64,000 nucleotides of DNA from Trichoplax adhaerens. Its lineage: Eukaryota > Animalia > Placozoa. Position numbers and translations under genes: made by a program. A model generated the notes under the pieces. It was not told the origin of the DNA and made no database searches. It worked only from the letters and a program-made list of their open reading frames with translations. Where the stretch lies: positions 866,280-930,279 of the forward strand of contig NW_002060956.1 in the NCBI RefSeq assembly GCF_000150275.1, given 5' to 3'. Every line of letters begins with the position of its first letter. The first letter of the stretch is position 1. Shown one piece after another: positions 1-13,518 of this stretch.

Positions 1-141
1 AAGTTACCGTTAGGCTTGCAGAAAGACGCGTCTTAATATGCGAGGTTGCATTTGGTAAAAGGTTAGACTATAGTTTTTAAATTGATACTAAAAATTTAAT
101 TTAAATTTTAAAGAAACTTAATTACCGGCGTGCATCTTTAA
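1..141 (+). CDS. Possible last coding exons of an unidentified gene entering from the left (..VTVRLAERRVLICEVAFGK|RNLITGVHL*)
   Basis: Frame is open from 3 to 61, then donor AG|gttag at 62, AAG acceptor at 113 and TAA at 139-141; AATAAA signals lie downstream (684, 1004). The intron is short (52 nt) and the product is not recognised. Confidence 0.3.
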
Positions 142-1335
142 GCTTAATGTGGATATTATTATCATCGATCTTGACTTCTACTGCGTGTAAGAGAGCTAGC
201 TTTTGCTAACTGTAAATAATTAATTAGTGTAAGAGTGATTTATTAACTTGAACAACGTTTCAAAAAGAGATGTAAGCATCAAATTGTTATATCCCAGAAT
301 AATCATGGTTAAAATGACGCCTAATGTATTCATTCAATGCGAAGGGATTAGCCAATGAAGCATAGATTAGACTGCTACTCATAGAAGAGAAAGAAAGTAA
401 TTCTGCAACAACTTCATACCATCATCATTAAAACAAAGTACAGCCTAGTCGGGCTTTACATCAAGTATAACTCTATTGAGTTAACTTCATGCCTATTTCG
501 GCCGTTATTAAACGGAAGCACAGAACAGTTACTAATGTATACTGCAACATAACCTATACGGTGAGATCTAATGTAACTCAATCACTTCGACTTATTAAAA
601 AAAATATGAGACCTTATACAACAAGGTCCGATATTGATGAAGGAAACCTTTTGTAAAGCCCTAACTCTAATTTGTTAACGACAATAAATGGCCTCTAGAT
701 CCAATTATAAGATATTTTATACGTATTTATACAAAGCATAGCTTTTAAATTTATTTTAATTACTTCAAAGGATGGTTCAAGTGATACGCAATTTGTTTCG
801 AAAACTTGATCTATTCTGTCAAGTCTTAATAGAAATAGTCATTAGATTAGGAAATGTAGATGTGCTTGAAAATAGCAATATTACGTATTTTAAATTAATA
901 CTTCATTGAAAAATAAGAAATTCATTTTATCCGGTCATCAATAGAAAGTTATTTACAGTGTAGCAGTACATCAGTTGTATGTAGCTATGATAACTTCGTT
1001 ATTAATAAATAATAAATTGGCCAATTTCTCCTTGAGGGAATGACAATTAATTCATCAATTACTGTATTATTTGTCTCACAAAGTATAATACAAAATTTGC
1101 CAATGTATCAACTTTTATACAATCTTATCCAGAGTTAGGAATGAGTTGTTTGGAGTTGTGTAAATACACTATACGGACAGATATTAACAAAATAGAAAAA
1201 TAGTTTCTTCCCTTAAGTATTTGTGAGCTAATATAATTATTTATGCCTAAATTAATTAGTGTTATTTGCTTTTAGAATGTCCAGGAATAATATCATCACT
1301 CATGCCTATCGCATTCAATTTTTATACCTCTAAAT

Positions 1336-4300
1336 CTACTTCTTGATACTAGACGAGGTACTTTTGCTAATAGAGACTTTACTATTGGCCGCCGAGGTGG
1401 GCTTGCGACCTATCGATGTAGATAATTTAGAGTCCTGGCCAACTCGGATACTACTGCCCTTAGTAGAAGATCTCTTTCCATCTGGCTTCTTTTGAAGCTT
1501 CAAAAGAGCTGTACCTTTCTTTTTCTCTTTTGAAGGCCCTTCACTAGGCTGTTTACTTGCAGCACTTTGGATAGGCCTTCCTGTAGCTGTAACAATAAAA
1601 TGCAAAAGATATACATTTTATTTAATTCACTATGATATGCCGTAGGCTATTAGGTCTTTGAGGATTTTATTCAATGACAATGAACTACTTCCTTCTACAC
1701 TTTCTCTAATTTAGTGTTATACCTAAAAATCTTATAAATGTTAAATATTAACCTGAATCGATTTTATAACATTCATCTTTGTGACGAGCATTCCAAGCCC
1801 GAAGTTTGCACTGCTTACTACAGTAGTAAACTTTGAGGCATCTTGAACACGCTGTAAGCCTTACACCAATCGATCGTCCACACTCATAGCAATAGCAAAA
1901 TGATGGTTTAGCAACGAATCGATGTCGACCTTGATGATTTAAAACATATCAAAGGGCATTAATAACAACAGTAGATCAGATAAGACAGAAAAAATCTCTT
2001 CAATATACAGTAATGAAGTAGACAATATCCTTGTGGATCAACCGAAATATTCATTCTCCCATTTACATTAAATAGACAGAAAATGAACAGTTACATCTTC
2101 CACTTACCAGGTGTTAAGCGGCGGGATCCTCTGCTTGAATTTTTAGTATTTTCGGCAATTTCCCCCTCACCACCAACGGTAGATGTTTTAATACCCAAAG
2201 AACCGACCGTTTCTAATAAAATTAAGGGGATAATGACTTTACACCACTAACACTTCAAGGCTTATTGCCTATGGATGTTTAAGACTGGTACAGCTTCAAC
2301 GAACACTAATACATCATTGTTGTTAACATTTTTTAATCAAGATCCTGTTGATTAGAGTTATATCCTAGTAACAATTTTCATTTTAACTATTAATCCTAAA
2401 TCACTTCAAGTAATGTCCTCTCTATTATATTATTACTGCTGTCAAAATTCTGCTCTTTAACATCAATAGTTAAATCTACGTAATTTACTATATACTAGAA
2501 CTAACGTGTAGTTTCTGGACGCCATGCCTCTGCAGCATTCTTGTCTTTGGTCACTCTCTCTCGTAAAGCATCGCTATAATGGGCAAGGATACGACGTCTG
2601 GCATTATAGCATTCTCGTTCATTAGGAGTTAAAGCATGATACGGTGTATGAGCAATTTTTTTATCCTATCAGTTTTATAGTTGGAATAATCAAATGATAG
2701 CCGGATATTATGATATATTCTATTGAAAGCTTATTGTCTATTCCATATTAATCCCATAAATGCCAATTTTTTATGTCTATTGACTAATCATGTCTGGCAC
2801 GAGCTTAAATCACATGGATAGCTATAATAATCGTAAATTGCTAACCTGATGAAATGCATGAAAGGCATAATCAACGGCAGTGCCTGGCGGTAATTTCTTG
2901 GTTACAACAATAGGTTGAAGAATATCTGCGCCAGCTTTAATTAACTTATTAATTAAGCGAATTCGATCATCTAAGGTACGAAAGCGTTCTGCTTCTAATG
3001 TTGATGCAGCCGCTAAAGCAGATCCAACGCCAAATCCTAACGGCTGATTGGGATCGACATTATTCTTCAAGAGTGTATCGACCGCCTATTAATAGTAAAG
3101 TCAGTTCACTTATGTTTTATTGGCTAGATATCTTATTTAAATGGAATGTAACGACATAGAATAAATATTGAAGGCTACTGCCATAATTTGAAATGGGGTA
3201 GTTATGCTTTCAATACTATCTTGAAAGTCGTTAAGATGTGTCATTTCTATACTTGATTCAAGATAAAATGATATTAGTTTAGAAGAGAAGGATAGGCTAA
3301 AAGATATCTTACCAGATCATTTCCATGAATGATGGCTAAGGATAAAGGTGAATGTCCATTGCACAACAGATGGCAATCTGCTCTATTACTGATCAGCATT
3401 TGGACGATTTGGTTTGCTTTCTAGAGGAGGATCAAATTATACACAAGATTTATTGTTTTTAGAAATGATATGATAGTCCTCGATATTATTTTAAATTTTA
3501 CAATTATCGTAGTAGAAAGTAAGGTTCAATCCATGGTAATATACGTATTACTAATAGATGTATGTTATGGATCGTGCCGGTTATCCATTTTTTTAGAAAC
3601 GATGTTATGCTCAATCTATTATTCAACTATTTCAAAAGGAAAATAGAATTTCAGGTAATGTGTCTCGCTCGTGCACATCTAAAGTCAATTGTAATGTGGA
3701 ATTTATGATTTCTATTTTATTTGGGAAATGACGTTACACTTATTGATATTCTATTTTAGCTACTGCAGGAGAAAGTAAGATTATTCTGGATATGTTAATT
3801 AGATACTATAGTAGTAAAGATTATTTACAATTTTCACATTGCGCTTTCATTAAAATGACACTCTTTTTACTACTATTATTTTTACTTATGGAAAAAAGAA
3901 ATGTGTAAGAGATTCTACGTCGTCCATTATAGTGTTAATAATATTTTGTTATTTTAAAACTGCATTCCATGTTTGTAGCTAATATAATAGATGGCAATTT
4001 TGTAATCCTAAAATAGGAATAAAAGTAGGAAGATGTGATATAGGAAAGCTATAGGTGTAACTAACCTCGAAGTTATCTTGGCGTGAACAAGTGATATGTA
4101 GAGCAGTTCTTCCGCCTTCTCGAAAGTTATTATCGCAAGCTTTACAACACAAACTAGATCCATCTTTAGTCAAGCCACCGTTGCAAGCTGTAGTAAGATT
4201 TGTTATCGTCTCGGTTAAATGTCGATGAGTAAAATTAAGATGATTAAGACTTTGACGATGACGGACAACATGATGGCTGCCTTCTTGATCATGTGAAGGC

Positions 4301-7300
4301 TGATTGTGATGGGATATATCTGCCATTTTGATATCATCTTTTAATTTACTCAATTGGATATAAGCGTTAGCAAGTTTAACACCGTTCATGCAGGATGCCC
4401 GAGTATTGGTTGGAGCACCAGCTTGTAGCAGCATTTCTGAAATATTGATTCCATCTTCACCTGGTAAGGCTACAGCAATATGTAATGGCGTTAAACCGCC
4501 CAACTGTTGAATACAGCAATAACGGAAGGAAAAAAAATCACGGCGTTAATGTTAGAACTTTTTATATCAATTTAATTCTATCCATAGGAATAAAAGACGA
4601 CACTCTTTTCTATTTACGCGTATCTTTATACTAAAAGAATATTCCTCAGCAATGGACTATTAACGATTTTGAAATAGAACTATCCAATAAGTCATAATTA
4701 CATAGCTCCATTTCCATAACTTTGATGTTGCTATACTTACTTCGGTAGCCATCTTCACTGATGTATTTGCACTGCATTGGAGTAACATTTTAACAGAATT
4801 GACATCAGCGGCTTTGACAGAAAAAAAGATTGGAGGATAAGGCACACTGGAAGTATTTGGATTTGCTCCGCGTTTGAGAAGGAGTAGCAGCATATCTTGT
4901 AGTGCGTCATGACTATTTCAATAACAGTAATGGTAAGGAATTAATTACTCGTTCTTTCTTGCTATCAACATTAATCAAGAAATGATAGACATCAATGTTG
5001 TGATCAGTGAAATTACCAACAAAATTTCATCATGATTATTTAATTAAAGATTATTAGAAATAATTCATTCCTCCTTGTCATGTGTAGTAGTCAAGAATGA
5101 TCATTGTTCCAATTGATCATTCTTTCTTGCTATTAAATTTAATTACTATAAAAGATGATATTGTAATCGCTTGCTCTATGACTACTTATGATAGTCAATA
5201 TATATATATTTATTGTGACTCTTAAAATTTTAGGAAATAACAATTCTCTCTTAGGCAATATGCTCCTATCAAGCAATCAATCAAAAAGTGATCATATAGT
5301 CGTCTACTCTCTGATTAATAATGCAGTTCAATATACTCATCAAGACTCGCAAAGTTATAGTATCCACTCTTTCTTGCTATAGACTTAAGTCGAAAGATAA
5401 TACTGTAGCCGTTTACTCCGTAGCATGGACTTCTAAGAGAAATTCTCGTGAAAGCCCCTGTCCATAGCCACTATTCCAAGTTAACTTACTTATCAAGACC
5501 CTTCAAATACTGCACTATTAAAAGGGATTTATATCTTCTGTGGCAACGTACTTTGTTCGAAAGATGATGAAGTAGCTATCTACTTTAATATTACTAACAG
5601 AACTCGATTGACTTGAAGGTCTAAATACTCATACTGTAAAATATCTCAACCCTTTAGGCACTGTATATATACGAGTAGTTCATTCACCATTAGCAGATAC
5701 TGCATTTTAATCAAAAATGATTTTCCTACTTATAAATCTCTACATACTCAATTTTATCCAATGTTAATTTTGGTTCTTTGTTTTGATTTTTCTGCCGTTT
5801 TCCTGCTCCTTTTCGACCAGTGTTAACTTCTTCATGATGTGGCTGCGGTGTTGGATTCTTAACCAAACTATAATAACTAACCATGTTTTCACTCACTGTT
5901 GTTTCAGGGATGATTTCGCCGTTTTGAATAGAATGATTTACATCAATAGGTAGCTTTCTTATATCACTCGATAAACGATGATCTAGGTTTTGAAACATAG
6001 AAATACCTTCCTGTTCGCTCATTTTACTATTATAACTTATAGTCAGTTTATTTTGTGATTTATTATCCATAATTACGCCACTAGCCGGTTGCACCTCGTT
6101 ATTAATGGGCTGGATAAAGGGTCTTGAATCATTACGTAGTAACTGAGTATCTTGTCTATATCTTTTGGATTTCTTATTCGTAGCAGCGGTTAATTCTGCT
6201 ATATTCTTCTTAAACGTGCGAATAGGATAGTATAATACTGTACAAGCAGCTAATGGCGAAACACCTTCGTGGTTAATTTTGTTAATATTGGCACCATTAT
6301 CCAATAAACAATTCATGACATCGCTATGGCATCCAAGCTAAAAGTAAAATCAGTAAAGTTAATTATCCTTCCCTACTTATATCATGTGATGATGCTAATC
6401 ATATACAACTGTTTGTTAATTTACAACTAGGAGAAAAAATTTATTGATTAAAAAATACTCAGCCATTAAAGTATGAAAGCATTAGCATCATATTATTATT
6501 GACGTGTATAATAATCATTCGATGATTTTACTGATTTATAGCGAAAGTGAGAGGATTAATAAATTACCGTTGCTGCCATTAAAGCTGTATATCCATTTAC
6601 GTCGCTAACATCGATATTACATCGATCAGACGTAACTAATTTATATACCAATGGTAAATTTCCCACTGCGGCTTGACGTATTAACTCTTCTGACATTAGT
6701 TCCAATGGCCCACGGATACTTGTCGATTGGCGTTTCCCTTCCACTATAGCTTGTAATACAGGGCGCTGATGAATAAATTGCTGCCAAGGCGTCAGTTGTT
6801 TTTGTCCACTAAGATGCAGTATTTGCAGATCTTTACTAAGATTATCATCAATACTGGTATACACAGTACCATCATGGAGTGTCTACATGTGAATACGACG
6901 ATAACAAAATAGTTAATATGATTAGATTGAGACCTCTCATATTCTATCGGCCACGTGCTCATAATCGTATAGTAAGATATTATATAAAAATAGGTAAAAT
7001 TTACCTTATCATTCTGACTATTCGTAGATTCGGTCATTATTTCTTCTTTAACCACCGTTGTCAGTTGTGATTGCCAGCTAGATCGAACATTACTCGCTGA
7101 TACATAATCATTTCGTCCATGATTAATTGTAAAAGCGTCCTCAATTTCAAAGCAAAATTGGGCTAAATGCTCCTCTTTCCAAATTCCAATGTCTTCTTTC
7201 CCTGAATCTTTATATGTAAAGATTCCAGGACCATTCCTCTGATCAGCGATATAGATACCCTACAATACGAACATTTTAAGTATTTAATCGCATGCCTGAT

Positions 7301-7901
7301 GAATAAGCATTAATGAAGCAATTTCTCGTACTTTGAATTGATCACCATTCGGGAAAATAAACACGCCATAGCCTTCTTTCCTGTCATCAACAAAATCACC
7401 TTCAAAGTATGCACCTGAACTCCAAACATATTTGCCTTTACCGCATCGTTTATCATTTATGAATTGGCCTACGTAACTCTGGTAGCAAGTAAATATAGGG
7501 TATCAACAATTTTAGATGTTGCTTAGTTTATGTGACATTTATTCTATATACACTAATTGAATCATCATTTTTATAAGACATATAGTAGTACAGTAAATTA
7601 TCGGTGTTGTCATTCTTACCTCCCCATTAGGCCAAGAATGATGGCCATGGCCGTGTCTCATATCATTTTCTAGTTCACCTTCATATTTTGTGCCATCACT
7701 CCAAGTTTCAATTCCATATCCATGGCGTTTATTATCGACATAATCACCTTCATAAGCATCGCCATTCGGCCACCGAAATAAACCTTTACCGCTTCGATGA
7801 GGTCCTTCAACATCGCCGCTATAAATTGCACCACTGCGATATTCTATGTGCTTGGCCGTACTTAATTTACGTTTGGAGGAAGATAAACTTACAACGCTCA
7901 T
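1336..7901 (-). CDS. ANKMY1: Ankyrin repeat and MYND domain protein 1 (MORN repeats + ankyrin repeats + MYND zinc finger), about 13 coding exons
   Basis: Exons (minus): 7901-7620, 7478-7332, 7259-7005, 6882-6568, 6337-5748, 4912-4741, 4503-4066, 3420-3313, 3085-2846, 2665-2506, 2212-2108, 1929-1753, 1586-1336, all phase-compatible GT-AG. MORN repeats ([26 protein letters not shown]), ankyrin motifs ([31 protein letters not shown]) and [45 protein letters not shown], matching the ANKMY1 signature CGRSIGVRL. Confidence 0.93.
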
Positions 7902-8366
7902 CTTGTTTGTATCTATTATATATATAATTCGTTTGCTAGAATAGACTATTTAGTAGAAAAGTGTAGAAATTTCACCGTAGTGCCTAAATCAACTGCCAAT
8001 GCTGATTAGCATGCAGGGAAAAGGAATTTATATCCGTAACGCAATTATATGCTATAACGTTTGATTGTTCTATGAGGGGATATAGCAAACAATTATTTAC
8101 CAGTGGATTAAAGTTAACTAAAATTCTTATTCTATCTTACGAACTAGAGAAAAGCTGCCGTGTAGCAACTAGTAATGCATAAGGTACTTCAAGCTTTCCA
8201 CGAAGTGATACAGGATCAGAAATGATTACAAGCCCTCAAGCTTTTGTGTGATTCAATATTATGTCTATTTCCTATACAGTACTCTTCGAGGCGATAGTGG
8301 ATGCAAAACATAATTTCTAATTATAATATAAATACCGTAAAATGAATAGAGTGATTTCGTTAAATG

Positions 8367-8379
8367 GTTGCTAGGTAAC
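8367..8379. promoter_or_regulatory. RFX X-box upstream of ANKMY1
   Basis: GTTGCTAGGTAAC fits GTNRCY-N(0-3)-RGYAAC. It lies about 230 bp upstream of a putative 5'UTR donor (minus-strand gtaag at 8140-8136). Confidence 0.6.
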
Positions 8380-9553
8380 GGAGTACACCAATCAAGGGAA
8401 ATTTCCATCGCGCATGTCCAATGGGCATCAACTAGCCAACCAAGTATCTGCATAGTCATAAGTCCTACTAACTAGTAAGAATAGTAGCTCGCTTTCATAT
8501 ATCAAGTAGTAGTACTCCCATATGACAAATTTTACGAAAGGTTCTGCATAGTAATTTTATTTTGCAATCTACGATATCTCAATTGAAATCTTATTGCACT
8601 TCAGACCTACTGTATACAGTATGAAATTGTAATGTTGTATTCAGTTTAGATGCAGGAATTTATTGAATATCGGAAATATCATACGATGGTTGAGCTAAAT
8701 AGAATGGATTTATTCCTATCCTAACAGATGAACCGTTTAGGGGGGGGTATTTACCCAGTAGGATAAATGAACTGATAATTCACAGATATAGTAATACGTG
8801 TACTGATAACATAACGATAGCGTGTAAATACTATTTTACGGATAATTGGATTACAAGAGTTAAGTTACGGATTAAACATTAGGTATTGATCATGAATTAA
8901 AGCTGACTATGAAACTGACTATCTAAAGTTATTCAACTTTTTTGAGATACTAATGATTCATTTAATTATTTGTTTACCGTATTAGTAAATACATTGTCGA
9001 AGTAATCTTCAGCAAGGAGTGTTATAAGCATTACTATTACCTTTACAGATATACAATATACTGTATACATATACAGAACCTCTAATAATTATAGTTTTCG
9101 ATTTTTTAGTTTTGCATATACAATTTCAGATTCAAAACCTATGAAATTAGATTAAATTATAGTATTTTCACAATTTATTCCACATACAAGATTATACAGT
9201 AAAAATGTCGTAGTATATAAAATATACCATTGATGATAATAGTTCTAAGTTAGTAGTAAAAAGGATTTATAACATTAGCAACATGGTGCAAGGAAAGCGC
9301 ACGGTTGCATTGCCATATTCAAGATACTTATTGTACCATATATCTAGTAATGTAAAAAAGCTTGTTTGTAGCTAAAGCATAGGCATGTAATTGTAAAACA
9401 ATATTATACTGCATACGACAAGCAAAGCATCATACAATTATGTACAAATGTACAGCATTAAGTGGTATGTATAGTAAAATGATTCTCTCCTGTAATCAGC
9501 TACGAAAAGAATATACTAGCATTATACCCAAATGCAATGTAAACATTGAAGTT

Positions 9554-12500
9554 TTAGAAATCAATAGACATTGCTTTACGCATTTGGGCTATTTTTGCAT
9601 TGAGTTCTGATAAAGCTTTTTTACTGCCAAGGAATTTAGACGAAGTACTTCTAGCGCATAGCTGGCGGTAGATTTGCATTACAAGTACTTCACTTCTTTG
9701 AATAAAAAATTCATAAACGTATGATGATCCACATTGAGAAGTTAGTCGTTTAGATGGCTTTACCAGACGGTTTTGCTGATAAGTAAACAATAAAGAAGGT
9801 TGTAAATCTACATACAACAATAAACTAACGTTCCTATAAATGCCAGTTATAAATACCTCCAGTTGATATTTAAGGAAAGTATCTATAGTATTAATATGCT
9901 TGGAAAAGTCTTCGTTTCTTGCTGTAATGCATTTTTGTAATTCAATAAAGGATACCTACAATAATAGTAAAAGATTCGGGATGTAAAAGTAATTTATTCA
10001 GTATATCAATAATTAAGAACATATCGTTACAATTTAGTTTAAAGTACAATTAGGTAATCCATCTTTATTTAATACGTAAACTTTCATATGCAATCAGTAG
10101 TCTATGTGGGTGCAAATATAACGAATTTCGTCAAAAGTATTACTATTTATATTTATATACCTTTTCACATGGTAAAATCACGTCCGCTAGTTCATTTTGG
10201 AAGTGATGCAATTGGCTAAGTATTAGGTATTCCATTATCAATTGCTTTACGTATATGTAAGTACCATTGATTGCCTAGCAACAAAGAATCCCAATAAATG
10301 CTATTAGATAGCAAAATTGGCGAAATTGGACGCGACTTTGTACTGTATATCTCTACTCAATCATAAGATCTATCAATTAAAAGTTTAATGCAGGATGGCT
10401 TACATTTTTATTAACTTCGCTTTGAATCTCAGTTAGTACTTCTGGAGGAACCGCGTTCTCTAAGCGGATTTTCATAGTGCGAAAAACGGTGATATTGTCG
10501 TAGTAGAATTTAATACTGCCCTAAGAGATTATTTATGAATGAATATGGTGTCATCTTGTCATTAGAAATCTTAGATAATTAATACGCGTGCAATACAATT
10601 TCAATAACTTGCAAACTATGTGCAATTACCATCTTTACACATTCTAGTAATTTATTCTGTGTACTATTTTGCGACTTTATATTCTTTAAAGGCTGTAGAG
10701 AAAGAATGAAACTGCTTAATTCATCCGAGATATCTATCTGAAAAGATAAACAATTTGGGAAAGATGTTTTAATACTTTGCAAATTGTATTCCAGTGATAA
10801 TGTAAGAAAATTTGTACAAGATTGTATTATTATAGGTTCTCAATCGATCAAATTCAATTACCTGCAGTTTTGCAAGGGCCTGGATGTTATTTTGAATGTT
10901 TGGAGAAGATTTTGGGCTACCGGAGTCAATTCCCATTGACTCAATCGATTTCTGATACTAAAAGAATTAGATACATTTTTGTCTTAAATGAAACACAATT
11001 AATTTTCATTTTGCACAAACTGCATCCGACCATACAGTTATAAAATCAAAAACAATCGATCATAAGACTCGTCGATATTTTAAATGTACTTACTTTAGGA
11101 AGAGACTCTTGCACTTTGGCTTTAATACTAGCTAGCTTGTTGTGAATTGCTGAAATTTCTTTAAAAAATTTTTCCTATAAATAGTCAGATAATATCATAG
11201 TACGCTAAAGTCATAGTCATAAATTAACCTTTCGAGAATCAAGCTTTAAAGCACGACTTTTAAGTCTTTCTGTCACTCATAACTCTTACCGCATCAGTTT
11301 CTTTTACTTTAACTTGTACTTGTTTCTCGTTGCATTCGGCTTGATGAACTAGTAGATTTGAAAGTGCACTCTGACATTCTGTACACACTCTGAGATATAT
11401 ACAAATTGTAGGTTCCGATGAAGGACACTATTGACAAGAAATTATACGAGGCAAAGGTACGCTTAGGTATCAGTTGTAATCTTAGTTGAAATTAGTATTA
11501 CTCACAATTACATACCCCAAAGTCATTAATAATGCTCCATTTGACATTATATTTGTCAGAGCTTTCGTTTGGGACATAAAGCAGTAAATCTTCGGAAGAA
11601 CATTCAGCACAAATTAAAGCTCCACAAACGCTATATTTTTTCAAATGTAACAGCGATAGAACACAACATACAAATAAATTAATATCCTTGATATTAACCG
11701 ATATTATTCTTGGCTCTAGTGTTTGCTTATATTACAGTTTTAGTCGATCTGGATCAACGGCCATTACTACTACATTATGTTAAGAATTTATATATTGATT
11801 TTTACTTATAGGTTATCATACCGACAATGCCTATTTTTTCGAATAAAAGAAAATTCTTTGGCACATCCGCAGCAATGCTTAGAAGCTGTAATTGGCTGTC
11901 AGAATCCGCTTAGATTAGTACTGTATACGATTGTTATGTACATACCTAAATATTTACAGATATTATCTTCCTTATATTTGAAATGGCTGATTTTTTAAAT
12001 ATCCAAGGATATAGTAGATTAGTAGAAATACTGTGTCAATCTTACCATCCAGTTATTTGATTTTTGCCATTCAGGTATGCCGTTAAAGCTGTTTAAAAAG
12101 AGCTTAGCAGAAGTAACCAATGATGAAGAAGAGATCATTCCTCTAAATCCATCTATTAAACGAGTTATTTCTGCATGCAGTAAAGCCGCAACTGATGGAG
12201 ATTTATTCAATTTTCCGTCAACCTCCGATCTTGTTACGCTTCCACTTCTAATTAATACTCTTTCATCCCTCATTTGACGTTGAAAACGGGTATAATCTTG
12301 CATTAAATTTGTCATGGTTCCCATTGCCTGAGCTTCAGGCTGATAACAGTGTAAACAGACCTAGAAAGAGTTACTTGAGTGTTATTAATCTGTTCTTAAA
12401 GTGACATTAACATCGTGCAGGATGAAAAAATTTTTATAATCCTACAGGATCAAGCCATGAAATTTGCTAATAAAAGATTTTAAAGCTAATTTAGTCCATC

Positions 12501-13518
12501 AAGGTGACTATATAACTATTACTTCAAAACGTCAACGAGTTGAAACAAGGATGATCTAACCTACCCTGTATAATTGCCCATTAACATGATAATTTGCTGT
12601 AGGTGATAATCTTCTCTTATAGTTGCTACAACTGCCACAGAATATTTCTCCACATCTGCATCAAGACGAACTGATTAACAATTTGTAAATTTATACTAAA
12701 ATTAACAATTAAATCCTTAAGGAATATAGTTCAAATGCAGTAAGAACATAGATATAATTTGAACACGGCATACTGTACATGCATACCGCTAAATAAAAAT
12801 TATATACACAACATTAAAAAATACAGTATATGAAATTTTTTGTTTTGCTATGAAAGTAATCGCATTTTGAAGCAGTAGTACAACCATTACAAATACTAGA
12901 CAACCCGTTCAATTGAAAGGAGCGTTTGAGTTTGTTTAGGCTTGCTTTGCTACATTAATCAAATGTATCTGGTATTTATTATCGATGTTTATTAATTATT
13001 CTTGTAGTAGACCTGGCATGATTATTTGTAGTGATTTAACAGCTCTAAGTTTGTAAATTATATAATTCAATTGTATTTGTTTATTCTTAATACTGCAGTT
13101 CAACCTGAAATATAAAGCATACCATCGTGTGTGTGTGCATTACAATTATTACACAATATCTAGAGTCATATCTATCATGTAAACGGTGAAAACTACTGCA
13201 CATTATTTAAAATTTCTTTAATTTTAATATAGCTCAAGAGAGTACTTTCACGTTCAAAGGAATGCTTAATCAAGTAAGTGATGAGGTAGCTTACATTCTG
13301 CAGTGGTGCCGTCTTTCAATTATAGTAAATTTCTTCTTACAATTTAAGTTGGCACAGTAATCTCTCATCTGATTTGGAACCCAATGGGACTGTGTAATAG
13401 GGGCTACAGACACAGTGCCTTCATGATTTTGCAATAAATTTGTTATTTCGTCATTATAAGTATTCGAATCCGTGGTGTTAGTGGAATTAAGAATATCATA
13501 GTTATTGTTGCGAGCCAT
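9554..13518 (-). CDS. Tandem-FYVE protein of the rabenosyn-5 / Vac1(Pep7) family, multi-exon
   Basis: Spliced FYVE1: HWVPNQMRDYCANLNCKKKFTIIERRHHCRICGEIFCGSC...YRVCLHC. Linker GTMTNLMQDYTRFQR. FYVE2: WMPITASKHCCGCAKEFSFIRKNRHCRVCGALICAEC...LRVCTEC. Then a helical region (ISAIHNKLASIKAKVQESLPK...QNKLLECVKMGSIKFYYDN) resembling the post-FYVE helices of rabenosyn. Stop at 9554-9556; probable non-coding exon upstream (donor at about 14419). Confidence 0.75.
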
